Notes: a model not told the origin generated them from the letters alone. A stretch of DNA of 64,000 bases from an uncultured Nitrososphaerales archaeon (GCA_963841565.1 CAWJCY010000012.1:128001-192000), one strand, 5' to 3'; positions 1 to 15,189 are shown, counted from the first letter of the stretch. Numbers and translations are program-made.

Positions 1-866
1 TTTATTGATCCGTTTCTAATTGCATCCTGGATCTCGTTTCCACAACCTACAGCTTCACTGGCCTTTGCCATGCCCAAATGATAGATTTCACCAAGTGGTT
101 TCCTATCAAGTGCCATATTTCTGGCTGCCGTGCCCATAATAGCTCGATACTTCTTGTAGCAACCCATCATATTCTCATCTGTGACAGACTCAGGCTTCGC
201 TTTGAGTCTCTGATCGATATACTGTCCTACTCTAGCATCCCTAAAACCTTCTTCAAATGATTTAAGTACAGTGTCTCCACCAACGGAAATCATTTGTCTT
301 GCAACCTCAAGTATATACGGATTCATTAGCTTATAATCATCAAGATAATCCAAATCCTCATCTTTGTCAATGATTCTGTCCATGGGCTCGCTAAGATCGA
401 TTGCAATAATGTGTCCATCTATGATTGTAGTTCTAACTTCAGAACTAATACTTTCTTGAAAGAATGCAGCTGCCCCGTCAAACAATGCGTTTAGAACTGG
501 GAAAGTCATTAAGACAAAATTGGAATTTAGGATGCGCTCGACTCTGTCTGCAAGAATTTCAGGTCTAGAAATTCTCGCCATGACATCTTGTATTTTAGAG
601 TCGTCTAGAGCCATCTCTGAAGAACCAATTTCTTCTGCGAATTTTCTAAGAGAACCAGACGGATTTTGGTCAGAAATGATTAGCTTGTGTATCGATAACA
701 AGTATCGTTTGGTAAAGTCCTGAAATTGTTCTTCAGTTTCACGGCTGTATTTACTAAACTGTTTGTATCCCTTTTCTCTCAACAGAGCTTGCTTGATTAT
801 ATCTCGTCCCGCCCCAGTACTCATTAGGGTGCTTTTCTTGAATAGGAATTCATCTTTACCATTCAT
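1..866 (-). CDS. Conserved hypothetical protein, runs off window edge; all-alpha with isoprenoid-synthase-like acidic motifs
   Basis: Hand-translated open frame from ATG at 866 (MNGKDEFLFKKSTLMSTGAGRDIIKQ...EPMDRIIDKDEDLD...GCGNEIQDAIRNGS), 288 codons with no stop before the edge; absent from ORF track. Confidence 0.8.
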   Translation of the reverse strand, partial: MNGKDEFLFKKSTLMSTGAGRDIIKQALLREKGYKQFSKYSRETEEQFQDFTKRYLLSIHKLIISDQNPSGSLRKFAEEIGSSEMALDDSKIQDVMARISRPEILADRVERILNSNFVLMTFPVLNALFDGAAAFFQESISSEVRTTIIDGHIIAIDLSEPMDRIIDKDEDLDYLDDYKLMNPYILEVARQMISVGGDTVLKSFEEGFRDARVGQYIDQRLKAKPESVTDENMMGCYKKYRAIMGTAARNMALDRKPLGEIYHLGMAKASEAVGCGNEIQDAIRNGSI

Positions 867-973
867 TTATATTGATTTTCACTGGAACCTTGTTATTTAA
901 GTTTCAGCCTAAACACTAAATCGTACATGCAATCTTGGAAGTTGTTACTTTTCTGAACAAGAGATACAATTGG

Positions 974-1579
974 CTATCGTGATGCCATTGCTACTCTTTC
1001 TTGTTCATTTTTCTTTTTTATAGCATGACTGGCCATTTCATTTTCTGAAGCTAAAATAAGTTCTCTCGCAAGAGCTTCTTCTATGGCCTGTGGGTTAGAA
1101 TACGTTGATTCTCTAACCCCCTCAGCTATAAAACGGAGAGCAAGATCAACACGTCTTAGAGGAGCCACGTCAACGGAGACGTGGTAAACTACACCTCCGT
1201 AAACGATTCTCGTAGTATCTTCATTAGGAGATGCATTCTCGACAGCCTTCACAAATACTTCTAACGGATTCTTGCCTGTTTCCAAGTGTATTATCTCAAA
1301 GGCAGTCTTCAACATGTTTAGAGATTTTGCTTTCTTGCCACCCATCCGGCCAGTATTTTTCGCATATCTTTTCCCAAAATGCATTAACTTGTTGGCGAGC
1401 CTTTCCACAATGTTAACCTCCGATTTTTTCAATCTTTGATGTTCGTGTCGTCCAAAGGTGATGGGAATAACAGATGGCTTTAACGATATAACTTTCTGAA
1501 GGCCAATATCGCCGATTTCTATCTTTCTCGCATCCCATTTGTTGAATAAAAGCAAGTTTGCTTGTTCCTTTCCACTCAT
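974..1579 (-). CDS. rps7: 30S ribosomal protein S7
   Basis: IVERLANKLM, AVENASPNEDTTRI, VDVAPLRRVDLALR, KKNEQERVAMASR; follows rps12. Confidence 0.98.
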   Translation of the reverse strand: MSGKEQANLLLFNKWDARKIEIGDIGLQKVISLKPSVIPITFGRHEHQRLKKSEVNIVERLANKLMHFGKRYAKNTGRMGGKKAKSLNMLKTAFEIIHLETGKNPLEVFVKAVENASPNEDTTRIVYGGVVYHVSVDVAPLRRVDLALRFIAEGVRESTYSNPQAIEEALARELILASENEMASHAIKKKNEQERVAMASR

Positions 1580-1584
1580 ATCAA

Positions 1585-2022
1585 TTACCTTCGTGGTTTC
1601 TCCTTCCGTCCTAGGACTAACTCATTGAGGGAGACACCGTTTACTTTGAAGACTCTCCATCTCACTCCAGGAATATCACCCATTGCTCCACCCATTGAAC
1701 CTCCAATCCCTTCGAGCATCACCTCATCATGTTCATCTACGAAATTTAAGGCCCCGTCCTTTGGTAAGAATGCTGTGATGGTTTTTCCATTCTTTATCAG
1801 TTGTACTCGAACGCATTTCCTCACAGCGGAGTTCGGTTGTTTTGATTCTATTCCGACTTTTTCAAGAACAATTCCCTTTGCCTGAGGAGCCCCCTCAAGA
1901 GGGTTAGCTTTCTTATCTAACATCAACATTCTCCTCTTGTAATACTTATTCGACCAGCGTGCACGCTTTCTCTTTGTCTTGAGCACACGCCCTGAGAACA
2001 AACCTAACGGTGATTTGGCCAA
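1585..2022 (-). CDS. rps12: 30S ribosomal protein S12
   Basis: [36 protein letters not shown]. Confidence 0.98.
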   Translation of the reverse strand: MAKSPLGLFSGRVLKTKRKRARWSNKYYKRRMLMLDKKANPLEGAPQAKGIVLEKVGIESKQPNSAVRKCVRVQLIKNGKTITAFLPKDGALNFVDEHDEVMLEGIGGSMGGAMGDIPGVRWRVFKVNGVSLNELVLGRKEKPRR

Positions 2023-2499
2023 CTAATCCATAACCTCGTTTCCGATCATTCTTTCAGATGCACTTGTTATCAGAACATTGGATATTTGAAAGTACCTCTT
2101 TGCCAACAATCTTGCCTTCTCAGCATTCCTTCCTTCCTTCCCTACCACTACGCCTTTTCGCTTTGCGTCCACTAGAACTACTGCTTGCTTAGAGCCGTCT
2201 GTTCTTTGGGTTATTTTTACATCATTTACCATTTGAGGGTTCAGCATATTGCGGACAAAGTCGCTTGCATCTTCAGAGTATTCGACTAGTTCTACTTTTC
2301 TTGCCACAACATTTTGTAGTTGTCGAATAGTGGCACCTCCCTTCCCTATGGCCAGGCCCATCTGACCCTTGTTGAGAATAAAAATAACACGGTCCATCTT
2401 ATCATCAACTACACAATCCCTCGCAGTTACACTCGTGATACTCTGAAATAGAGACATAAGTCGCAATTCATCCGAAGTCAATTTGATTTTTTCCGTCAA
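2023..2499 (-). CDS. nusA: Archaeal NusA (two KH domains)
   Basis: GLAIGKGG and GVVVGKEGRN KH loops; canonical position before rps12. Confidence 0.95.
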   Translation of the reverse strand: MTEKIKLTSDELRLMSLFQSITSVTARDCVVDDKMDRVIFILNKGQMGLAIGKGGATIRQLQNVVARKVELVEYSEDASDFVRNMLNPQMVNDVKITQRTDGSKQAVVLVDAKRKGVVVGKEGRNAEKARLLAKRYFQISNVLITSASERMIGNEVMD

Positions 2500-3009
2500 A
2501 TCTTAAATCCTCTTATCATCATAAGTACAAAAAGACCATACACGCAATTCGCGAATCATGCATCTGATTCATTATCGCCAATTTAAGTCTTCCATGTAAT
2601 GCAAATGGCTGTACGGGCACCTATCAAGATCAGAATGATATGTGTTTGGATAAGATCCACATGATGAAATCACCAATTTGTAAATTGTATAAGCCATGGT
2701 ACCAGTTTCATGCAATTGAAAGCGTGTGACTAGTTCACTTTTTCAGAGAGAATGTTTCGAATTTCTTCTTCAGTTCCTGTCCGGATGGAGAACACAGATA
2801 TCCTATGGGGCCGATTGCAAGCCCTTCCTAATGTGACCGATGTTCCATGAAATTTAAGCACCGGAACACCAATAGATTTCGCCTGATCTTCAATATTGCC
2901 TCTGTTTCTATCACTAACTGAATCAGATACAAGGATGAGTTTTGATCCTTTGGCAAATTTCATTACCTCCTTAGCACCTTTCTTGTACTTGCCACTCGCT
3001 ACTGCTTCT

Positions 3010-6838
<3,829 letters not shown>

Positions 6839-6851
6839 ATCAAAAATCTCC

Positions 6852-9800
6852 CTAAACTTTGTCCTTCGCCAACAGGCGAGGAGCAACATTCAAACTCATC
6901 ATTTCCTGCAACAACAATTTGAAGGCGTATGCGATTATGACAGACGAGATCTTTGCCTTATCCCCACACACCCTACAAATGTATCTGCGCTGTTTAATGT
7001 CATAATAAGCCAAGAGTCCGCATCGTTCGCACACGTTTATTTCAGCTTTATCTGACTCTTCTAGAAGACGATCCTTGAGCATCATTGAAGCACCATATGC
7101 TATGAGGCAATCTCGTTCCATTTCACCAAACCTTAATCCGCCTCCTCTTGCTCGACCTTCTGTTGGCTGTTTGGTAAGCATTTGTACTTGACCTCGAGCT
7201 CTACTGTGGATCTTATCTGCCACCATATGATGAAGTTTTTGATAATAAACTACACCTACGTAAACATCGGCGGGGAATTTTCTACCAGTTCTACCATCAT
7301 ACATTATTTCTTTTCCCGTAAGTTTGAAACCATAATCTTGCAGCACATCCTTAAGTTGGTCTAATTTTTCTCCTAGGAATGCTGACCCGTCCACAATTCT
7401 ACCCCTTAGTGCAGCTGCTTTACCTCCCAGTGATTCCAAAAACTGACCTACTGTCATACGGGAGGGAAATGCGTGAGGATTGATCATAACATCTGGGACT
7501 ATCCCGTTTTCAGAATAGGGCAGATCTTCCTGACTAACAAGCATACCTACGACACCCTTCTGACCGTGTCTTGATGCAAATTTATCGCCAATTTCAGGAA
7601 TTCGCATATCTCGAACGCGAATCTTAAACATCTTGCCGCCCTCCACAGACTGAGTCATTATGACCGTGTCGACAACCCCATTTTCTGAGGGTCTAACCCC
7701 TATGGAAGTATCCCGCCTGTATGGTCCCTTGACCTCGAATTCCCTATATTCCTCCATGAATCTTGGAGGGGAGGTTCGACCAATCAGAATATCACCACCC
7801 ACAACCACAGCTTCATGCATTATGGCACCATCTTGTTCTAAGAGGCGATATGCCTTTTCTCCTCTGTAGCCGCGTATATTCTCGTCTGATGAAGGTAATT
7901 CGAAATTATCCTTCATACCACCTGGATACTGCTTAGCCTCTGCTTCGTAGACTCTATAGAAGAAGGTCCTCCCAAACCCTCTATCCACCGCAGACTTGTT
8001 AAATACCACAGCATCTTCTATGTTATAACCTTCATAAGGTAGGACTGCCACGATTGCATTCTGCCCAGTTGGTCTATCGTCCAGGCCTAGCAGATTTATC
8101 GCTTTGGTGCTAACCATCGGAGTCTGAGGATAAAGCATTAAATGTTGTCTCACATATGTGCTCGCATTCATTAAAGGGGTTGAAAACCCGAGACTCTGTT
8201 TTGCCATTGCACTCTCATAGGTATTTCGTGGAGATTGATTGTGTTCAGGGTAGGGTATAATGGATGCCCCAACCCCCAAAATGGATGAGGGGAAAACTTC
8301 CAAATGGGTGTGTGAAAGGTCTATAATATCGGTACCAATGTTAACATAACAATTCTCCTCTTCATTGGCGTCAACCAATTCCAAGATGCCTGTGTGCAGA
8401 AGATCAGTCCATGAAAGAAATTTCTTTTGAATCTTTTCTATTATTTCCTCTGTGATCAGTGAGCGACCATCTCTGACTATGATCAACGGTCTAAGCACAC
8501 GGCCAGAATTGCAACTAATATAAAGACGCTTAGTTGCATTATCGTTCAATGAACTGTAGAGATATACACCCACATGAGGATGAATCTTTCCAGATCTCCT
8601 CATTGTTCTCAAAGTGTTAGCTGAGATGGCCGCCGTCCTCCACATAACCAACAAGCTGCCCATCAACAAATACCCTAGCTCCAATTCTCTTCAAGTTCTC
8701 ATTTGCCTCGTCAACATGTTCTACGCCTAATTCAAAGAGCTTTTCAACAATTTCAGCCGAAGAAACACTTACCGATATAATGGCCGATAGAGCCAAATTT
8801 TTGACCAGTCCGCAATTAGATCCTTCTGGTGTCTCGGCAGGACAAATGCGACCAAAATGAGTTGCGTGTAAATCCCTTGCTTCAAAATTAGGCTGACTTC
8901 TGCTAAGAGGAGATTGAATACGCCGTAAATGGCTTACCGTAGACATATAATTTGTCCTATCGAGTAGTTGCGTTACTCCGACCCGACCTCTTCCCCAATT
9001 TCCAGTTGCAATTGCGTTATTCAGCTTATCGGATATTATTCCAGGTCGGACAGCAGCAGCGACAGCGTTAATTCCTCGCTTCTGACCTGATCGTTCGAGT
9101 TGGTACTTCATGTCGCGTATCAAGTTCCGGAAGGCGGTCCGGAATAGATCTGCAAGCATCTGTCCGGCGAACTTTATTACCTTATTACCATAATGATCTT
9201 TGTCGTCTGCATCAATCCAACCAAGTTTAAGTTCGATCAACTTACTGGCCGCCTCACCAAGGAAGAGTGCTTTTTCATGCCGGTTATCAGGGTTCTTTCC
9301 TAAGTGAGGTAAAAGTCCCCAATCAAGAAGGGTTTCTGCTCTCTTGATCTGAAATTCTTCAAGCATACCCGGGGCAATACGTTTGCTGATATAGATTATC
9401 GCATCTCTACTTGTAAGAACATCACTCGATTTTTCGAAGGAGGGTTCAAGCTCGTCTTGTATTAGGGTATTTAATGATACCCCATTTGCTATGTCCTTGT
9501 CGGTTTCCAGTCCCAAAGCTCGTACCAATGTGATTAATGGCACATCTACTGGAGATCCAGGTATCTTCGCTACTACAGATCCATCAGGTCTCATTATTAA
9601 TTCCAGTTTTGCTCTATAGCCAACAATAGAGGAGTATACTTTCGCCTTGTACAGGAGAGTACCGGTCGCTTCTTCCATATCGACTATAATCTTGTTATAT
9701 GAAAGATCTTCCAATCCTACAATGACTCTCTCGGAACCGTTGATGACAAAGTATCCACCTGGATCACGTGGATCCTCAGCCAACTCTATCAACTTGTGTT

Positions 9801-10191
9801 CTGGCATATTATGCAATATGCAAGCGTTAGACTTTACCATTACAGGCATGTCCCCTATGTGAATAAATCTAGATTCCAAGATTTTACCATCTTCTACAAT
9901 GCTACATTCTAACATGATCGGCGAAGCATATGTCAAGTTTCTCAAACGTGCCTCCATAGGCGCTACATGGGTAATCGAGCCGTCAAGTTCCATAATTCTA
10001 GGCTGCTGCAGCTTTATCTTTCCAAGCTTTATCTTGTAAGGATATTCGGAAGTCTCTATCTCGATTTCTGCAACTTCATCGATAATACTTTGAATCCCTT
10101 TCTCCATGAATTCATTGTAGGAATTCAAATGTTGCCTTGCCACTCCTTCCTTTCTCAAAATGTCATTAATAATGGGCCACAAAACGAACAA
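6852..10191 (-). CDS. rpoB: RNA polymerase subunit B, single gene interrupted by a one-base frameshift near 8622
   Basis: ORFs 8617-10191 and 6852-8684 join as GYVEDGGHL-ANTLRTMRRSG; motifs CPAETPEGSNCGLVKN, GDKFASRHGQKG, GGLRFGEMERDC. Confidence 0.96.
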
Positions 10192-10209
10192 CCACCACCT
10201 AAATTATTC

Positions 10210-10461
10210 CTATCCCTCTACCACATACCGGTAATATACACTTTCACCCGAAGTAGCACTTTTGCGGGTAATTTTTATGATATCTCCAGGCCTAACGTCA
10301 AGATCCTGCAAACCTTTATCGCTTAACATTATGTACGGGAGTTGGCTAGGTTTAGCGTTGTATTGTTTCAGGACAGCGCTGGCTTCGGGTCTAGGCAGAA
10401 TCTCATGCTTGGGTTGATACATATGATCAGTTATCTTGACTAGCTTCTTCTCAGCTGACAA
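10210..10461 (-). CDS. rpoH: RNA polymerase subunit H (Rpo5)
   Basis: HMYQPKHEIL, QLPYI, GDIIKITRKSATSGESVYYRYV. Confidence 0.97.
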   Translation of the reverse strand: MSAEKKLVKITDHMYQPKHEILPRPEASAVLKQYNAKPSQLPYIMLSDKGLQDLDVRPGDIIKITRKSATSGESVYYRYVVEG

Positions 10462-10712
10462 ATCCTCAACTACCTCCCGTACCCAGTAAATGTATATGGG
10501 GATATAAGATGAAATACAAATTCTGATACACCTACCTCCTTTCTCAATATATAGGTATATCTTTATCTGGTCTGAAAAATTCTACATCAGATATTGAATA
10601 AATTCCCAGATTTTCAAGTTGGGTCCAGTTTCAATTCGTTCGTTCAGACCTCCACTTTTTTCAGCAGTACTATTAAACCGAGAATAGCTACCATTTAACT
10701 CGAACGCCGGGA

Positions 10713-11828
10713 CTAATCGACTAAAGAGAGAATATCTGCACCGGAGATTACGAGCATTTTTTGAGATCTTCCGAACTTTGACAAGGCCCTAAGGTAACAC
10801 TCCCTAGTGGACTTAAAAGGTATGAGTCCCAGCTTTAATAGATAATATTCAGGCAAAGTTGATATTATTCCTAAATCATAATTTTTGGTTAACTCCTGTA
10901 GGAACAAAATATGTTCTAGGCCTTCCAAATATTGACGTTTCTCTTCCAAATATTTCTGCATATCCAACCTTTCTTGGACATACAATTCTAAAGCCTCACA
11001 ACCTAGGCCCATACTATTTTCTGAGAGCAGAGCGACTAGTCCGCCCTCTTTAACCAATTCTATTACGTTCCAGAGAGAGTTTAGAGACGAACATAAAGTA
11101 AGATGTGATTCGAGGTCGTCACTAGGACTAATTAATGTAGTTTGGCACTTTACTATACCAGTTTTCCGACCAAGATCTAATGAGCGAGTGGCACTTTCAA
11201 ATGACTGAGAAATGGATCCATGGTGCAAGCTAAGGATTTTTGGACTTCCAACTACTTCGATCGAAGTAGCATTCAGGTTGTCGGCCATTCGCAATGCAAT
11301 TTCTAGTGGTGGAGGTTTCTTGCGAGGGTTTGGTAGGTTATTTGATCGTGAGTAAAACGCTTCGCTCATTTCTGATGGAAAGAATTGTCGAAGAAACAAG
11401 GTCGGGGTCCCGCCGTAACCGAACAATGGATCATATCTCACTTGGGAAATTAAAAGAACATTCTTGTACTTGCTTAGTAAAGAAGATAGTGAAGAATACG
11501 TTACCCCATATACAGGATAGGACTGTTTTCGCAATGCATTCTTTAGTGGTTTTATAAGATTCGTTCGAGATGCAAAAGCAACGCAAGCATGGTTTTTTAG
11601 GACGGCTCTTTGAGAGATGTGGTCTACCAAATCCAAGACCGCTTGTGAAACTGACAAAACAATTATGATCGTGTTATCAGTTATGTCCATATTGGACAGT
11701 TCATCCTCTACCTGTTGTGCTGCCAAGTAACCTGTAGATGGAGTTGGATAAATGTGAGCTAGTAAATTTTCGTACTTTATGTCCACTACTACAGAAGTTT
11801 GGCCGTACTTTAGCCACAGCTCAGGCAT
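10713..11828 (-). CDS. LarA/DUF2088-like (lactate racemase domain) protein, divergent
   Basis: N-terminal MPELWLKYG, YDPLFGYGG, VKEGGLVALLSENSMGLG resemble the LarA family. Confidence 0.6.
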   Translation of the reverse strand: MPELWLKYGQTSVVVDIKYENLLAHIYPTPSTGYLAAQQVEDELSNMDITDNTIIIVLSVSQAVLDLVDHISQRAVLKNHACVAFASRTNLIKPLKNALRKQSYPVYGVTYSSLSSLLSKYKNVLLISQVRYDPLFGYGGTPTLFLRQFFPSEMSEAFYSRSNNLPNPRKKPPPLEIALRMADNLNATSIEVVGSPKILSLHHGSISQSFESATRSLDLGRKTGIVKCQTTLISPSDDLESHLTLCSSLNSLWNVIELVKEGGLVALLSENSMGLGCEALELYVQERLDMQKYLEEKRQYLEGLEHILFLQELTKNYDLGIISTLPEYYLLKLGLIPFKSTRECYLRALSKFGRSQKMLVISGADILSLVD

Positions 11829-12324
11829 GCAGTATCATCGCCACCTGATAGATCGAATCCGAACCCAAATTAGTTAAGAGGTATTTATTCAAAGGAAAGG
11901 CTTTTGCACCTGATGAAACAATTTTTTGAAATGCCAGAGAATCCAGATACGATTCTAGGTAATGCATTAATAATAGTGATCTAGGCAATGACCGCACATT
12001 TTTTATTAACATACTCGATTCTAAATTTTCACCGTCCCTATTAACATATGTCAATGTTTGGAACCAATACGGTGCATTGATCTATCTAGAAGCAATTCAG
12101 TTAAAAGGTTATGAAGGAAAAGTTACACTGCAACAGATTGATCAATTTCTAGAGAAGACTGACAATAGGTAATCAAAAAATCAGACGAGTGAGATCGTAG
12201 TTGCAGAATGTTTATTCGAATTTCAATTAGCGTCAGTGGATAAGAGATGCTTCTATACTTTCGATGGATGCATTAGTTACGGTCTATTTTTGAATGCCAA
12301 ATGCCTGATTAATATCGAGAGTAT

Positions 12325-12889
12325 TCACCCTTCGTAGATCATTAGATTCTTTTCTTCCAAGAGATTGTGGAGATTATGCACAGCTCTGTATACCTCAGTT
12401 TCTTTCTTTGCTCCTGTGCAAACTAGTTTTCCAGAAGCGAATAATAAGATCACTGTCTTAGGATCTAGCATTCGATGAATGAGTCCTGGAAATTGTTCAG
12501 GCTCATACATGCTCCTGGGGAGTACCTCTAGCCGCTAATTCGAGATGAATTTTTCCACCCAAACTTGCCGAAGCAACGATATTCTGTATTTCAATAATAG
12601 GTTCATGCTCGATAGAAATGCCTCCTTTTTTCAATTTTTGGACTACATTTTTTACTGCTTTAATGGCTTGGTCTTCAGATTTAGCTCCGGTACATACCAT
12701 CTTTCCTGAACTAAAGATCAGAGTGGCAGTCTTAGGTGATTTCAGTCTAAAAACTAACCCCGGGAACTGATCGGGATGATATTCCACGTCTGGAAAAATC
12801 TGGGTAATCAAATTGAGATTTACTGTTTGGTTGACAGTGGCTGACGCTACTACGTTCTCTATGCTAACTATTGGTTTAGTCTGAGGCAT
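12325..12889 (-). CDS. tbp: TATA-box binding protein; one extra base near 12526
   Basis: Two repeats (IENVVAS...[12 protein letters not shown]...[14 protein letters not shown]; IQNIVAS...[12 protein letters not shown]...[14 protein letters not shown]) joined as [17 protein letters not shown]. Confidence 0.97.
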
Positions 12890-12900
12890 ACCCTATTCAG

Positions 12901-12926
12901 CCTTTATAAAGGAGAACTATATATAC
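12901..12926 (-). promoter_or_regulatory. tbp promoter: TATA box plus a second palindromic TATA-like element
   Basis: TATATATA at 12918-12925, about 30 nt upstream of the ATG; palindrome CCTTTATAAAGG at 12901-12912. Confidence 0.55.
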
Positions 12927-13197
12927 TGTTTACATTGACATTTCATCAAATTTTGGTGAATAATGGCTGAATCAGTTACCAGAAAATTGGAAGCATGATG
13001 CAAGGATAATAATGAACCTTAGCTTGAGGAGTTTGAAATTAAAAAGTAACTTATTTATTTGAAGTAGGGCAGATCTCCACCTGAGAATAACTAGTCCGTA
13101 GCAATTAATTATTCGATTAAAGTATACATTCTTCCTCTTTACTACGTTACCCGAATAGAATCAGACGTAATAACAATGGACTACAATTTTCTCAAAA

Positions 13198-14145
13198 TCA
13201 GTAGATTAGACTCGAACTCAAATTGAGTAGACTTTTTTTTGACAAGTAATATGGTTTGTTTATTTTCAATTTTTCCGCTATTGTAAGACCAATGATTTGA
13301 ATAACGAATATCGAAAATAGAATGTTTTCAAAAAGAGATAGTCCTAAATGTGGCTGAAAATAATAGGCCAGAGCATGGGTCTTTTTCAATTTGTTGTGAA
13401 AATTCGCTGACATAGAGTTTTTTACCTTTTCATGGTCGAGAACGAAGACGCAGTCTGGCTTTTTCAAGCTAAATATAGGTGCATGATAGTAATCATCTAG
13501 TAGATATCCAAACGACCTAAATCCAAAAAGCTCATGCATTTTAAGTGCTCCGTAGTTGGCGAGTGGATATGATATGCCGTCTCCCAGGAATAGGATCGAC
13601 TTGAATCCTGATGGCAAGTCGAGACCATATTGACTGACCTGTTCGATAGCATCTTTCATTATCCTTTCCAAGATGTTCAAGTTGATATTAATTCCTATCA
13701 ACGCCATACAGGATATCACCGTGGCAGTGAATTCCAAAATACTAGTGTTTGACGATTGGGGATTATGCAAGTAATCCAGACTGAGTGTTTCATTACATAC
13801 CTCTTCCAGAGGACTTTTAGACTTGGTAGTAACAGCGGTAGTTTTAGCCCCAAATTTTCGAGCTATCTTGGCAGCCTCAATATTTGAACGAGTTCTACCA
13901 GAAGCTGATATGAAGAAAATTTCATGGTCCGATAGTACTTGTGGACAATTAAGTATATCTGTAGGATGATAGGCAAGCATTCTATGGTCTGATAGATATT
14001 CCATTAATAGAGCACAGGTATAGGAGTCACCCGAACCAACGAATAGCCCGCTCCTAGTACCCATGGACTTTGGAAGTCGGAGTCCTTGGAGATACTTTAC
14101 TTGAGAATATATATCTCTCCTAAACTGTCTAACCCAGCCTGACAT
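13198..14145 (-). CDS. SIS-domain sugar-phosphate isomerase/deaminase-like protein
   Basis: FVGSGDSY, FISASGRT, FLGDGISYPLANYGALKMHE, YYHAP (GlmS C-terminal-like tandem SIS). Confidence 0.85.
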   Translation of the reverse strand: MSGWVRQFRRDIYSQVKYLQGLRLPKSMGTRSGLFVGSGDSYTCALLMEYLSDHRMLAYHPTDILNCPQVLSDHEIFFISASGRTRSNIEAAKIARKFGAKTTAVTTKSKSPLEEVCNETLSLDYLHNPQSSNTSILEFTATVISCMALIGININLNILERIMKDAIEQVSQYGLDLPSGFKSILFLGDGISYPLANYGALKMHELFGFRSFGYLLDDYYHAPIFSLKKPDCVFVLDHEKVKNSMSANFHNKLKKTHALAYYFQPHLGLSLFENILFSIFVIQIIGLTIAEKLKINKPYYLSKKSLLNLSSSLIY

Positions 14146-14229
14146 GGTCAGATGTAGTCACCAGGTCCAAGAGATTAATAGATTCCATGATATTTGGGAA
14201 CTTAAGATAAATGATCGCGCCTTAGCGCT

Positions 14230-14499
14230 CTAATACTCTTCTTCGAATTCTTCCTCGCCTTCTTCTTCAATGTCCTCGACGTCTTCATCAAGCTCTTCTC
14301 TCTCTTCCGCACTCTTATACGGCAGGTCTGTTTCACCAGCTGTGCCGCAGACAGGACATTTGAATTCGATTGTCTGACCTTCCAAGTCTAGCAGGAAATC
14401 CTTTGAGAAAACTTGGTCGCAATTAGAACAAACCAAAGTGGTTTGAATATTATCCTGACTGAACTTATGAGATTGGACTCGAAAAATAGTGCCTGCCAT
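14230..14499 (-). CDS. Zn-ribbon microprotein with highly acidic tail
   Basis: CSNC...CPVCG followed by EEREELDEDVEDIEEEGEEEFEEEY; TATA-like TTATATAA upstream. Confidence 0.75.
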   Translation of the reverse strand: MAGTIFRVQSHKFSQDNIQTTLVCSNCDQVFSKDFLLDLEGQTIEFKCPVCGTAGETDLPYKSAEEREELDEDVEDIEEEGEEEFEEEY

Positions 14500-14574
14500 T
14501 CTTCTTACCTATAGAAAATACCCTTTTTTATAAGCCTTTGTGATAATTTGAAAAAATTTACCGTTCTTTCATCT

Positions 14575-15189
14575 TTAGAAAGATCTTAAACCTGGTTTCG
14601 AATTAGAAATGAGTGCGAGAATATTTTCTCTAAGCTCCTTTTGCTCCATCAGACCTCGGTGTGCCATCGTGACAACAACGCTGTGATTTCTGACTCCTCT
14701 CATTTTCATGCACAAGTGCTCGCCCTCAGCTATGACGACGACCCCTCTAACCCCCATTTTAGTTATTTCGTCAGCTATCTGTTTTGTTAACCTCTCTTGT
14801 ATTTGCATCCTACGCGAATACTTCTCTACGAGACGGGTTAGTTTGGATATTCCAAATACCTTGCCTTCAGGTAAATATGCAATGTGAACCTTGCCATAAA
14901 AGGGGAGCATATGATGCTCACACATACTATAAAACTGGATGTCTTTGGCAATTATAGCATCGGTTTCCTCAGAGAAACTCACATCGAGTCCTGAACTCAT
15001 TGTGTAACCTGCAAATATCTCTTCAAATGCTTCTGCCATCCTTCTTGGCGTTCCGATTAGGCCTTCCCTGTCAGGATTTTCACCCAATTCTATCAATAGA
15101 TTTCTTAGAATCTTTTCAATTTTCTTTTTGTTTAGGGTTCTTCCCTTCTCCTTTTCATGTAACAATATCTTACTATAGGACTCCATCAC
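14575..15189 (-). CDS. folE: GTP cyclohydrolase I (FolE, type IA)
   Basis: REGLIGTPRR, SMCEHHMLPFYG, GISKLTR, QIQERLT, HLCMKMRG. Confidence 0.96.
   Translation of the reverse strand: MMESYSKILLHEKEKGRTLNKKKIEKILRNLLIELGENPDREGLIGTPRRMAEAFEEIFAGYTMSSGLDVSFSEETDAIIAKDIQFYSMCEHHMLPFYGKVHIAYLPEGKVFGISKLTRLVEKYSRRMQIQERLTKQIADEITKMGVRGVVVIAEGEHLCMKMRGVRNHSVVVTMAHRGLMEQKELRENILALISNSKPGLRSF

Noticed and set aside
2500-2729. 41-aa ORF (MAYTIYKLV...) between rpl30e and nusA
   Set aside because: No motif or translation signal to support it
6852-10191. Genuine split of RpoB into B'' and B', or programmed frameshifting
   Set aside because: The downstream ORF's first residues are out-of-frame junk; one base removal gives a continuous protein; no slippery heptamer; the same pattern recurs in seven other genes
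11821-12054. 77-aa ORF upstream of the LarA-like gene; likewise ORFs 16067-16324, 22790-23390 and 44222-44407
   Set aside because: Atypical composition and no motifs; probably non-coding
12325-12889. TBP as two half-genes or a pseudogene
   Set aside because: A single extra base inside the second repeat; sequence otherwise fully conserved
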